In this document: positions 19,189 through 27,812 of the stretch, in pieces | Layout of the letters: every line of letters starts with the position of its first letter | How positions within the stretch are numbered: position 1 is the first letter of the stretch | IMG/VR virus record: IMGVR_UViG_2778261667_000013 | Location: 1-36,128 of that record | Origin: a virus | Lineage: Duplodnaviria > Heunggongvirae > Uroviricota > Caudoviricetes | Direction: 5' to 3' (one strand) | DNA length: 36,128 nt | Program-made: the position numbers and the translations under genes | Notes under the pieces: model-generated | Databases searched by the model: none | Told to the model about the DNA's origin: nothing | What the model saw: the letters and a program-made list of their open reading frames with translations, nothing else

Positions 19189-20351
19189 GATGCCTCCGGG
19201 GTGTCCTGCATAACCCAGTCTGTCAGCGCGTCATCCTCAACCGTCGCCACTGACCAGCGGTCGCCCGACTGTAACGCATACCGCCACGCGTTGCCGTCCT
19301 GCGTGACATGCTCCGCCCGTTCGATGGTCTGCTGCATCAGCACATAGTCGGCGGCGGTCGGGGGCGTGTCTGCTGCACTGAGGCGCTTCATGACGTCAGC
19401 CGTAAGGTTTACCGTCTGCCGTGCAGCGCCCGTGGCAGCGACCTGTTCCGGTGACCGGATGGCCAGCGGATATCGCTGGCGTGCATCCAGTTCGCTGACG
19501 TTTGCCAGTCCCCGGGCAAAATCCGGCCCGGTCAGAGTGCCGGTGACATACTGGCGGGCACTGCGGTAATCATATTTTTCCAGTTCCGGCTGCCATGCCA
19601 CCCGACCGGGATTAAATCCGAAGCCCGGGTCGGCGGTATACACGGAACCGTCCGGCATCTTCAGCCCCATTGTTCTGATGGTCTGGCCCGGCTGGCCATA
19701 TTCCTGCTCAACCTCAGCCAGTCGCCCCTCGCTGCTCTGTACCGTCAGGCCATATTTCTCCACATCCGACGCCGAACGCGCCCGGATACGGCAGCGGCAT
19801 CCGTATCCGTCCGGCGCGTAGAAATACTCCCAGACCGGATCATCCGCCCGGGCGGTAAAACCGTTCAGGGCGGCGTGTTTCGGGCGTGTGTGAAGGTCCA
19901 TCACCGCCACGCGCTCAAAATAAGGCCGGTCAGCCACGTTCGCCATCTGCTGCTGATAACGTCCGGCGTTGTATGACGACTGAATATTGGTATCAAATAT
20001 CGTGCGCAACCGGCGCGGCGTCAGCTGTCTGCCGTGCAGTTCGCCGGTATCCTCGTCCACAATCAGTTTTTTACCCAGCCAGCCTTTTGATTCCAGCAGT
20101 GGTTCCAGTTGTGCAGCAAACTCCCGGAACGTCCCGCCGTCAGCCAGTGCAGCCGTCAGGCCATCACGGACATCCTTCAGAACATCCAGTTTCAGCACGC
20201 CCGCCACCGTGAACGCCCGGGCGTTGGCGATGTCCTTCACATCGTGCCAGCGGAAGCCAATAACGTACCCCTTGCTTTCGAAATACTTAATCGCTTCTTC
20301 CGGTTTCAGGGTGTACGCATAACCCAGGTCAACATCGTCAGTTGTCGGCAT
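19185..20351 (-). CDS. head morphogenesis / minor head protein (Mu F-like)
   Basis: 388 aa immediately downstream of portal gene with overlap; Mu F-like by size and order. Confidence 0.8.
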   Translation of the reverse strand: MPTTDDVDLGYAYTLKPEEAIKYFESKGYVIGFRWHDVKDIANARAFTVAGVLKLDVLKDVRDGLTAALADGGTFREFAAQLEPLLESKGWLGKKLIVDEDTGELHGRQLTPRRLRTIFDTNIQSSYNAGRYQQQMANVADRPYFERVAVMDLHTRPKHAALNGFTARADDPVWEYFYAPDGYGCRCRIRARSASDVEKYGLTVQSSEGRLAEVEQEYGQPGQTIRTMGLKMPDGSVYTADPGFGFNPGRVAWQPELEKYDYRSARQYVTGTLTGPDFARGLANVSELDARQRYPLAIRSPEQVAATGAARQTVNLTADVMKRLSAADTPPTAADYVLMQQTIERAEHVTQDGNAWRYALQSGDRWSVATVEDDALTDWVMQDTPEAS

Positions 20352-21933
20352 TCAGTCGCCCCCAGATATCCGCCACAAAGAATGCCTGTGTCAGCAACTG
20401 CCGCAGCGTGTCATCCGGCAGCTCCGGCCATGCTTCCGCCAGTACGTTCATGGCCTCGTCTGCATCCCGGCCTTCCTGTATGGCCTGCACCAGTGGGGCC
20501 ACCAGTTCGTTCATCCCCTGCGCGATGGCCTCTGCCGGAAGTTCTGCACGGTCGATGGCGCGCTGTGCCGGGTCGTCCTCCCCGTTGTCTTGCTGACTGA
20601 GCGCGGCAACATTCAGCCGCTCACGCAGCTGGCTGAGGCCCGCCTGCACAGGGAGACGCTGTGCCACCGGCACCAGTACCTCTTCGCCGTCTTTCGGGGT
20701 GGGGATGCCGGTTTTTTTGCGCACCCACGACGCCGGGATATCCTTCATTCCCACACTGTTGAGCAACACGTTGACGGCTTCTGCCACACCCTTAATGTCG
20801 GCTTCCTGCTGCACATCAAACACCAGTCGCGGAAGACGGCGTGGCGGGACATCCTGCCAGCCGTTCAGGCTGGCCATCATCTGTATCAGGCTGCTGAACA
20901 TGCCGGACAGCTGGCGCGCATCGGCAGCCAGAATGTCGTGCCGGACCTCGTTATGCACATTGCCCAGCGCGTTGGTGGAGGTTTTACCGTCGGCCTGGCT
21001 GGTCAGCGTACTGCCCAGAATCACTTTTGAGGTGGTACGCTCTGCCCATTCCACCATCGACATGAACGCCTCCGGCCCGCCGGACGCGGCCTCCTTGAAT
21101 TCAATCTCGTTACCCTGCGGCAGGGCTGCCACCGCTTCATGGCCCAGATTGACCAGGGCGTCAAGAATCCTGTCACGGTCCGCGTCACTGGTGCCCTGTG
21201 CATAGTAGGCAATGCGCGCCGGAAGGCCGTAAATCTCCAGAAACTCCGCCATATCACGCAGCGCAAAGTTTTTGAACAGATACGGCCAGACCAGTACGCG
21301 GAACAGACCGGATGACCCCAGGAACCCCGACCGGGCGTTGTAACGGTGAACCAGCCAGCCGAACGGCCACAGCGCGGAACCGTCTTTACCATCTTCCCCA
21401 CGATTGCCGTCATCCAGCCGGAGTTCGTCATTGTGTTCCGGCAGGGTAATGAACCAGTTATGCGGACGCAGCGTCACCGCATCCGGTAGCCACGTTTTAT
21501 CCACGAACGCCCAGCTGATTTCCTGACAGCTGAAGCCGTAACCGACACTGCTCATCCCGTTGAGGATGATGTCCTCCATGTCCGGGATACCGTGCAGCCA
21601 TTCATCCACGGCGGCGGCCAGCTCCTTTTCTGCCTTCGAGGCATTGCGGGGCGGCTCCACCGACCAGTCCAGCGTCAGCAACGCTTTTTTGCGCTTTTCC
21701 ATCTCGGCGAACAGATGGCCATCACGTTCTTCCATATCCGCAAACAGCATCGCCTGCGCCGGAAGATAACCGCGTTCGGCAGCTTCCAGAATGCGCGGCA
21801 GTTTTCTGATGTTCAGACCACGGGACGGGTGGTCGGGATAAATGCGCAGCCGTTCCGCCACTCTGACCGACTGCGTGGTTTTGAGTGCCTCACGTTTCAG
21901 CGGGCGTCCGTAAATATCAACAAGCTGTGCCAT
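20338..21933 (-). CDS. portal protein (Mu H-like)
   Basis: 531 aa directly downstream of terminase large subunit; Mu-type portal by size and synteny. Confidence 0.85.
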   Translation of the reverse strand: MAQLVDIYGRPLKREALKTTQSVRVAERLRIYPDHPSRGLNIRKLPRILEAAERGYLPAQAMLFADMEERDGHLFAEMEKRKKALLTLDWSVEPPRNASKAEKELAAAVDEWLHGIPDMEDIILNGMSSVGYGFSCQEISWAFVDKTWLPDAVTLRPHNWFITLPEHNDELRLDDGNRGEDGKDGSALWPFGWLVHRYNARSGFLGSSGLFRVLVWPYLFKNFALRDMAEFLEIYGLPARIAYYAQGTSDADRDRILDALVNLGHEAVAALPQGNEIEFKEAASGGPEAFMSMVEWAERTTSKVILGSTLTSQADGKTSTNALGNVHNEVRHDILAADARQLSGMFSSLIQMMASLNGWQDVPPRRLPRLVFDVQQEADIKGVAEAVNVLLNSVGMKDIPASWVRKKTGIPTPKDGEEVLVPVAQRLPVQAGLSQLRERLNVAALSQQDNGEDDPAQRAIDRAELPAEAIAQGMNELVAPLVQAIQEGRDADEAMNVLAEAWPELPDDTLRQLLTQAFFVADIWGRLNADN

Positions 21934-21936
21934 TAA

Positions 21937-23577
21937 TTACCATCCTCCTGAACCAAAACGCCCGCCACGGTCACGCCCGCTGCTGCGTGGGGTGTGAATC
22001 TGAAATTTTGCGCTGCGCGATACCGCCAGCGTCCACAGCATGTGCAGACAGTCCGGGCCATCATCGTGGTCGGCTTTGGGGTAGTGGCGCAGCTGGTCAA
22101 TCAGCGTCTGATGTGCCGGACTGATGCGGATCAGGCCGTTGGCCATATGCGGCTGAAGGGACTCAATACGCAGCGCCTTATCCTCCAGCGGGATGACCGG
22201 CAGCGCCGGAACCGGCACGCCCAGCGCCGCCGAACGCTCAACCAGCACGGTACGCAGAAACTCCTGAAACTGGACGGACTCAAACGACCAGCACAGGCAG
22301 TGGTATTCCCGCTGATACTTAATCACGTCTTCGATAAGTTTATTTGGCAGACGTCGGCGGATATCGGCTTCAACCACATCCAGAATGCCGGTAAAACGGT
22401 TAAAGCCCCCCACGAGAATGGCCGACGGGTCGCGGTTTTTATTCTTCTTCCCGAGGCTGGGGTCAACAGCGCCGTAGAACACCCATTCATCAAGACGGTT
22501 AACCCAGAACTTAATGCAGCCCGCAAACAGCGCGTCTTCACCGCTGACCGGGTCGTTCTGGTATTCAGAATCAAAGGTGTCGTGACCGTCACGGACACGG
22601 ATTTTCATCAGCGCCAGCAGGGGACGCGCCGCCCATGACACCACCGACCCGGCGAGCATGTCGGCTTCGTTCTGTCGGTAAAGTGCCTCCGCCGCTTCCG
22701 GCTGTTTGTTGCGGATGAGTTCTTCCCACTCGTCCCACAGTTTCATATTGGCAGGCCACTGAATGACGGCCTTAAAGCGGGCCGTTTTCCACATCGGGTT
22801 ATTGAGCGTGCGCGAGAGTACGGAGTCGTAATGCAGGATGGTCCCGATATAAATAATATCGGTTTTACCGCCAGCCTCGCCCAGCGGCATCACGGTTTTG
22901 GTGAGCCAGTCGTGCAGCTTGTCGCGCTGCTCCGGGTTACGCACCATCTCGTCGTTCTCGATGTCGTCGAGGATGACCAGGTCAGGACGGTACGGACCGT
23001 GGCGCAGACCACGCAGTTTTTTACCACTACCGGCAACGGTCACCTTGATATTGTTGGCCGTGACGATGGTCCCCATACGCCAGACGCGCCCCTGTCCGCA
23101 CACCTCCGGGAAATCGTTTTTTAAACGGGGGTTAAATTCCAGTTCAGCCTTGATGGCTTCCAGCATCGGATAAGCCTGGTCGATACTGTCCATAATGATG
23201 ACCGGATAATGCTTAATACCCCGGATAATGGTCCACAGGGTAAACAGCTGAGTCACCAGCGTGGATTTTGCTTCACCACGGGGCGCGGCGATGGCGTCGT
23301 TCTCCGGGTCCGGGCTTGCCACAACCTGTGGCAGACGGCTGAACAGGTATTTATGCAGCTCACTTTTTGCCGGGTTGCGGACGTAGTGCGGGAAATAGTT
23401 TTCGACAAAATAATCGTAGCCCGTCACCGGGTCGCAGACTGCCGCCCGGCGGGCCTGTGTGGCCTGCGGGTTAACATCGAACCCCAGACATTCAGCCTCA
23501 ATGGTCTGGCGGAGGTTGGCGATGTACTCCTGTAAGCTTTTCTGAAACTCTTTAATGGAAAGTTTACGTTTTGCCAC
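21937..23577 (-). CDS. terminase large subunit
   Basis: ORF 21937..23595; likely start GTG at 23577 with AGGTG RBS (MAKRKLSIKEFQ...); ~550 aa followed by portal is the canonical terminase position. Confidence 0.85.
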   Translation of the reverse strand: MAKRKLSIKEFQKSLQEYIANLRQTIEAECLGFDVNPQATQARRAAVCDPVTGYDYFVENYFPHYVRNPAKSELHKYLFSRLPQVVASPDPENDAIAAPRGEAKSTLVTQLFTLWTIIRGIKHYPVIIMDSIDQAYPMLEAIKAELEFNPRLKNDFPEVCGQGRVWRMGTIVTANNIKVTVAGSGKKLRGLRHGPYRPDLVILDDIENDEMVRNPEQRDKLHDWLTKTVMPLGEAGGKTDIIYIGTILHYDSVLSRTLNNPMWKTARFKAVIQWPANMKLWDEWEELIRNKQPEAAEALYRQNEADMLAGSVVSWAARPLLALMKIRVRDGHDTFDSEYQNDPVSGEDALFAGCIKFWVNRLDEWVFYGAVDPSLGKKNKNRDPSAILVGGFNRFTGILDVVEADIRRRLPNKLIEDVIKYQREYHCLCWSFESVQFQEFLRTVLVERSAALGVPVPALPVIPLEDKALRIESLQPHMANGLIRISPAHQTLIDQLRHYPKADHDDGPDCLHMLWTLAVSRSAKFQIHTPRSSGRDRGGRFGSGGW

Positions 23578-23629
23578 GTCACACCTGGTATACAAATATC
23601 AGACGGCCCGGAAAACCGGGCCGCTGTGG

Positions 23630-24130
23630 TTAACTGAAATTATCCTCAAGCTCTTTAGCGAAGCCTTCGAGCACCTCAAGAAACGGGGCATACTGTGCCG
23701 GGTGACGCTCCTTGATGAACGCGCCGAGCCGCTGCACCACTTCCAGTGCCGTGGCGAGCCGGTCGGTTTCCGGCAGGATTTTTTTACTGCTGGCCACCGC
23801 CTTACTGAGACTGTCAGACAGACTCGCCAGCAGTTCGACGGACTCCTGCGGCGGGATGTCCGGGTTCTGGTTCAGCCGTTCAAGCGTCGTCTGACACTTC
23901 ACCACCAGACTGATAAGCACGGTGCGGGCGACACTTTCCAGCCCGTCACCGGCGAGCGCGTGCGCGGCCCGCAGCTTGTCCCAGTCGTCGCCGTTCTTCA
24001 TCGCCTGCGTTTTCCAGCGCCGCGCTGTGTCGTGCGGCACGGCGTACTTCATGGCGACGATATCCAGCGGAAGCTGGTCAAAGATGTACCCGTTACGGAC
24101 TTTGTCCCTGATATCCTGTGACCACGCCAT
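23630..24130 (-). CDS. terminase small subunit candidate (Mu gp27-like)
   Basis: 166 aa immediately upstream of terminase large subunit; synteny. Confidence 0.6.
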   Translation of the reverse strand: MAWSQDIRDKVRNGYIFDQLPLDIVAMKYAVPHDTARRWKTQAMKNGDDWDKLRAAHALAGDGLESVARTVLISLVVKCQTTLERLNQNPDIPPQESVELLASLSDSLSKAVASSKKILPETDRLATALEVVQRLGAFIKERHPAQYAPFLEVLEGFAKELEDNFS

Positions 24131-24336
24131 TAAGTGTCCTTCTGAGCCTGTTCAATCAGGCATTTAACTTCGTCGGGATTTTCAAGAACATACACGTTTT
24201 TCCCGGTATCCAGCTCAATGATCGTGCCACCATATGCACCACACTGACGGTAAAAATGGGTGATGCGTTCAGCGACTACCATGACAGCGCTGGTGCTCCC
24301 TGAGCCTGCGCATTCTGTAAATCTGATAATGCTCAC
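24130..24336 (-). CDS. hypothetical protein (Mu gp26 position)
   Basis: 68 aa ORF, ATGA overlap with terminase small subunit start. Confidence 0.4.
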   Translation of the reverse strand: MSIIRFTECAGSGSTSAVMVVAERITHFYRQCGAYGGTIIELDTGKNVYVLENPDEVKCLIEQAQKDT

Positions 24337-24356
24337 TGTGTCAGACCTTCAAAAAA

Positions 24357-24542
24357 TCAGTTCTGTGATGAACACTGCCGGATGCCGTCAATAATCCGGC
24401 AGACCTGTGCCGCCGCGTCAAACAGCTGGCCCGCTCTGTTAATGTCCGTGCATCCCACCGGAAGCAACATCACCAGAAACAGGGCCAGAACACAGCGCGC
24501 GGCTTTACGTGGCGTTCTGTGTGTCCAGTGCTGACGCGTCAT
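24357..24542 (-). CDS. small lipoprotein, outer-membrane spanin (Rz1-like) candidate
   Basis: 61 aa; hydrophobic signal VLALFLVMLLPVGC with lipobox-like LPVG-C, ~30 aa mature part with 3 Cys; overlaps endolysin stop by 4 nt. Confidence 0.5.
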   Translation of the reverse strand: MTRQHWTHRTPRKAARCVLALFLVMLLPVGCTDINRAGQLFDAAAQVCRIIDGIRQCSSQN

Positions 24543-25084
24543 ACCGCCACGCGCTCCTTCAGCCAGCCATAAACAAACGATTCGTTAGCCTCGCGTTTCT
24601 CTGCCAGTTCCAGATAGCGGTCACCCTGCGTGCAGTTCAGGGCTGTCAGCATCACCCGTTCACCGTCCTGACCGCGATTATTCAGGAAGGCACGCAATGC
24701 ACTGATGGTACGAGGCCCGATGCGTCCGTCTGCGTCCATATCCGGGTACAGCCTGCCGCGCAGATTGAACACATTCAGCCAGCGCTGAAGCATTCTGGAC
24801 GCCACGGTTGGCCCCATATTCACACCGGTATCACACAACTCTGCGGCAATATCAGGGGATAATGCGGCGACCTGGTCAAATCGCGGGCCATACCAGTAAT
24901 CGGCTTCAAGGATGTCCAGCGCCTGTTCGCGGGTTAAATCGCGCATATCGCCACGGTATCCGTGGGCACGGGCGACTTTTTCCGTAATGCCCCATTTGGT
25001 CGGACCACCCTTATCATCCGGGTGATTGACGTAACCGCCTTCTTTGCCCAGGACTTCATCAAAAATTTTATCTTTTGATTTCAT
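24539..25084 (-). CDS. endolysin, GH108-type lysozyme with C-terminal peptidoglycan-binding domain
   Basis: 181 aa; N-terminal motif FDEVLGKEGGYVNHPDDKGGPTKWGIT characteristic of glycoside hydrolase family 108; no N-terminal transmembrane segment. Confidence 0.85.
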   Translation of the reverse strand: MKSKDKIFDEVLGKEGGYVNHPDDKGGPTKWGITEKVARAHGYRGDMRDLTREQALDILEADYWYGPRFDQVAALSPDIAAELCDTGVNMGPTVASRMLQRWLNVFNLRGRLYPDMDADGRIGPRTISALRAFLNNRGQDGERVMLTALNCTQGDRYLELAEKREANESFVYGWLKERVAV

Positions 25085-25370
25085 GTGGATGCCTCAGTAA
25101 CGAAAGGATTTTTGACAAATTCCCGTGCGCCCACACGATAAGCGCACAGAAAACCAGATTCAGCGCCACAACCAGCCAGCTGGAGTGCGTGTATGTACCG
25201 GACAGCCAGCGGAACGGGATGATGATGTAACCGAGCATCAGCCAGTACGCCAGCCAGGTAATCATCGGTTTATGCGCCGCACCGTGGCGGCGATACACAA
25301 ACAACCCCAGCACAATGGCGAGGCACAGCCAGACGTTCACGATACCGGCAAGGCTACTTTCCATTTCCAC
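25068..25370 (-). CDS. small membrane protein (holin/antiholin candidate)
   Basis: 100 aa with 2-3 predicted transmembrane helices; sits between holin-like gene and endolysin. Confidence 0.45.
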   Translation of the reverse strand: MEMESSLAGIVNVWLCLAIVLGLFVYRRHGAAHKPMITWLAYWLMLGYIIIPFRWLSGTYTHSSWLVVALNLVFCALIVWAHGNLSKILSLLRHPHEIKR

Positions 25371-25746
25371 CCCCTCCGCCGCGCAGTCTGGAAAACAGGC
25401 CGAACAGCGATGAAATTTCCTGTTGATAAAGAAAGGTCAGTATCTTGATGGATAACGCCGAGACACCGACCGCACACAATGCATCGAGCGGCTTGTCGTT
25501 GTAGTGGGTCAACCACTGCATCAGTGACGCAGCCACGCCAGCCCCCAGAACGCCAACCACAAACGCGACGAGCAGGTGAATAGCCATTCGCCATACCGGG
25601 ATTTCTTTCTGCTGCGTGACAACAAAAAGCGCCCCGGCAAACGCGCCCACCACGACCCCGAAATCGGTATTGGTGAGAAGGCCAAACACACTGGCACCAC
25701 CGATGGTGACTGCCACAGCTCCGCCGCCTGATAAGGGTTCAGACAT
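25354..25746 (-). CDS. holin-like membrane protein
   Basis: ORF 25354..25806 trimmed to ATG at 25746 (MSEPLSGGG...) with strong RBS CAGGAGAAACTC; 3-4 predicted TM helices; first gene of the lysis cassette. Confidence 0.55.
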   Translation of the reverse strand: MSEPLSGGGAVAVTIGGASVFGLLTNTDFGVVVGAFAGALFVVTQQKEIPVWRMAIHLLVAFVVGVLGAGVAASLMQWLTHYNDKPLDALCAVGVSALSIKILTFLYQQEISSLFGLFSRLRGGGGGNGK

Positions 25747-25885
25747 GAGTTTCTCCTGTAAATCTGAGCCACTGACGGCCCGTAAATAACACCCTGTCAA
25801 AGGCACAAAAGCCTTTTGCAGGGCGCTATCCCTTAAGGTGCCTTGTGGTCTGAGTGGACAGGGTAAACGGTCTGGTGTGGTGGGT

Positions 25886-25914
25886 ACTGCTGGGGGTGTT
25901 CAGCACCCCCAGCA
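25886..25914 (-). promoter_or_regulatory. conserved motif site 3 (upstream of lysis cassette), 12 bp perfect inverted repeat
   Basis: ctgctgggggtg-ttcag-cacccccagcag; ~140 nt upstream of the holin start. Confidence 0.45.
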
Positions 25915-25933
25915 GGTTGATTAGCTGGATGGG

Positions 25934-26221
25934 TTAAAGGGAAGCGAGTTTTAATGGTGGCTTATAACACGCCTGCGCAAGCAGGTTAGCTCTTTCCACG
26001 GCTTTACGCATTTCCCGTTCTGCGTCCAGCATCCTGTTTACGGCTGACAGCACTTCATTATGATTCGTTTCTGACTCCGGGCTTTGGGCCTGTCTCGCCA
26101 GATAACTGGATAAATTACACATCTCAGCATGTCGGCGACGGGCTGCATCCCGGGCCTTGTCTGAAAATGCGGTATATTCACCGAGTGCTGCGTAGTCGAT
26201 ATTGGTGTCAGAACTCATCAT
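25934..26221 (-). CDS. hypothetical protein between activator gene and lysis cassette
   Basis: 95 aa ORF, Arg/Glu-rich, no recognisable motif. Confidence 0.4.
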   Translation of the reverse strand: MMSSDTNIDYAALGEYTAFSDKARDAARRRHAEMCNLSSYLARQAQSPESETNHNEVLSAVNRMLDAEREMRKAVERANLLAQACYKPPLKLASL

Positions 26222-26248
26222 TTCGTGTCTCCTTTTTTCTGAGTCTCA

Positions 26249-26280
26249 TTAATCAAAAAGCCCCACCTGGGTGGGGCTTT
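26249..26280 (-). terminator. rho-independent terminator overlapping the 3' end of the Mor/C gene
   Basis: Minus-strand hairpin GCCCCACC-CA-GGTGGGGC followed by TTTTTGAT and the stop codon; coordinates approximate. Confidence 0.6.
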
Positions 26281-26716
26281 TCAGCGAAGTCTGTTTTTGT
26301 CGTCGGTGTATCAGCTGCCATGCGTACCGGTCTGAAATGCCGTAACGGGGACAGAGCAGTGCCAGCGCCTGCCGGTGTGAGCATCCGTCTTTTACATGCT
26401 GCTGTAAATCAGCCATAAAACGGGTGTTACGCAGGGCACGTAACGCATGATCGCAACGGGGAATGTAAAACGGCGCACCGCCAAGAAAGCGGATCAGTTT
26501 GTTGATTTCGTCTTCGGTCAGCACATCATGTAACAGGGCATGGACACCGCCGGTTCGTTCGGCGTGTGCGCCGGTTTTACCGCTTAACGTCACGCCACCA
26601 AAAGAACGGATTAACCGGGTCAGGGCGGGGAAGCCAATCACGCTAATCAGTTGCTGCACGGAATCAGGCAACAGTGCCTGCGCATCGCGAAGATCTGTTT
26701 CACTGAAGGTCTGCAT
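26249..26716 (-). CDS. Mor/C-family transcriptional activator (middle/late gene activator)
   Basis: 155 aa; C-terminal region ...FLGGAPFYIPRCDHALRALRN...RYGISDRYAWQLIHRR matches the Mor/C signature (GG..YIPR plus C-terminal HTH). Confidence 0.8.
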   Translation of the reverse strand: MQTFSETDLRDAQALLPDSVQQLISVIGFPALTRLIRSFGGVTLSGKTGAHAERTGGVHALLHDVLTEDEINKLIRFLGGAPFYIPRCDHALRALRNTRFMADLQQHVKDGCSHRQALALLCPRYGISDRYAWQLIHRRQKQTSLKSPTQVGLFD

Positions 26717-26778
26717 GATGGCGTCTCCGGTAGTAACTTACTGTTATTATAGCCATACATGATCGCCTGTACAGACCA

Positions 26779-26806
26779 CAAAAAAAGCCCCTGCAAGGCA
26801 GAGGCT
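26779..26806 (-). terminator. rho-independent terminator downstream of GemA-like gene
   Basis: Minus-strand hairpin AGCCTCTGC-CTTG-CAGGGGCT followed by TTTTTTT; 7 nt after the stop at 26813; coordinates approximate. Confidence 0.7.
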
Positions 26807-26812
26807 GATTCT

Positions 26813-27226
26813 TTATTGTTTACGTGCTGCTCTGGCTCGTTTTCTGGCGTCTTTTGTCAGCGCCACCATCACCCCGAACAGTTGATCATCTGTCAGCCAT
26901 TCGATCACATGTTGCTTATACATGTGAGATGCCAGTCCTTCCGCATACGCCCAGGAACGACCGGCATCAGCCAGCAACGCTTCAATTTTGGATAATACTG
27001 ATTTTCTGCTCATTGCAACACGGGGGCGGCGACCTTTACCGGCGGGTGCCTTGCGCGGAAATCCCTGTTCGTGCATGTATTCCCGGATGATGCGCAGTTC
27101 ATCAAGATTGCAACGTGTGGTGCTGGTTTTACCTGTCAGGCGGGCCAGTGTCTGGCGATAAAGGGCATCATCCCACCCCAGATACGCCTGACCGGCTTTA
27201 ATGGCCCCGATCATCTTTTTCAGCAT
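26813..27226 (-). CDS. GemA-like protein (Mu gp16 / DUF1018-like)
   Basis: ORF 26813..27325; start placed at MLKKMIGAIKAGQAYLGWDD... (27226); position immediately before the activator gene as in Mu. Confidence 0.55.
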   Translation of the reverse strand: MLKKMIGAIKAGQAYLGWDDALYRQTLARLTGKTSTTRCNLDELRIIREYMHEQGFPRKAPAGKGRRPRVAMSRKSVLSKIEALLADAGRSWAYAEGLASHMYKQHVIEWLTDDQLFGVMVALTKDARKRARAARKQ

Positions 27227-27476
27227 GTTTGTTATCCTCAAAACGCACGGTAAAACGTGAAACGCCAATTCCTGACAGGAACGTGGCGGCACGATCAAGA
27301 GACAGCCACGTCTTGTAATCGCCACGGCGTTCCTGTAGAAAATAGGACACCCCGGCGCGACGATTCACAGCAAAGAGGTGATACACACCACCGAACCGCT
27401 GCACGACGAACTCATCCACGCCACCGCTTTCAGCCTGCTGCCTGAAGGCAGCTATTCCGATTTGTTCAATCTTCAT
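27198..27476 (-). CDS. hypothetical early protein
   Basis: ORF 27198..27512; ORF-track start ATG lies in the centre of a 26 bp palindrome, so downstream ATG (MKIEQIG..., 27476) is preferred; no clear RBS for either. Confidence 0.35.
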   Translation of the reverse strand: MKIEQIGIAAFRQQAESGGVDEFVVQRFGGVYHLFAVNRRAGVSYFLQERRGDYKTWLSLDRAATFLSGIGVSRFTVRFEDNKHAEKDDRGH

Positions 27477-27499
27477 AATGACCAAAACACTACTTTTGG

Positions 27500-27525
27500 C
27501 AGACCAAAACATATGTTTTGGTCTG
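27500..27525. promoter_or_regulatory. 26 bp perfect palindrome CAGACCAAAACATATGTTTTGGTCTG (operator-like site)
   Basis: Perfect dyad centred on CATATG, preceded by a second CCAAAAC...TTTTGG inverted repeat at ~27482-27499; intergenic between two early ORFs; coordinates approximate. Confidence 0.5.
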
Positions 27526-27556
27526 CGCTTAATTGTTATTTGCTCAATGCGGTGAA

Positions 27557-27808
27557 TTATTTATCACCATCACCGAGCGTCACTTCATGACAGGATGGCG
27601 TGCCATTTTTCCCCGCAGAGCAATAAATAAACTTATCTCCGTCGGTCATGGTGGCACTTCCATCATCACAATGCGTAATGGTTTTGATGAAATTTCTCTT
27701 TACCACGCAATGCCCATTTTTCGCATCATCAGAAGCCTTGTTAGTTGTCACACAAAGCGCAATACCCGTAGCAATCAGAGCGATAATAAAAATGTCAACC
27801 CATCTCAT
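27557..27808 (-). CDS. small Cys-rich protein with N-terminal signal/TM segment
   Basis: ORF 27557..27976 trimmed to MRWVDIFIIALIATGIALCV... (83 aa); hydrophobic N-terminus then soluble part with 4 Cys. Confidence 0.4.
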   Translation of the reverse strand: MRWVDIFIIALIATGIALCVTTNKASDDAKNGHCVVKRNFIKTITHCDDGSATMTDGDKFIYCSAGKNGTPSCHEVTLGDGDK

Positions 27809-27812
27809 CTTT

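Noticed and set aside
25760-25790. TTGACA hexamer upstream of the holin start as a sigma70 -35 element
   Set aside because: No acceptable -10 hexamer at 16-18 bp spacing; late genes of Mu-like phages are expected to be activator-dependent rather than driven by consensus sigma70 promoters.
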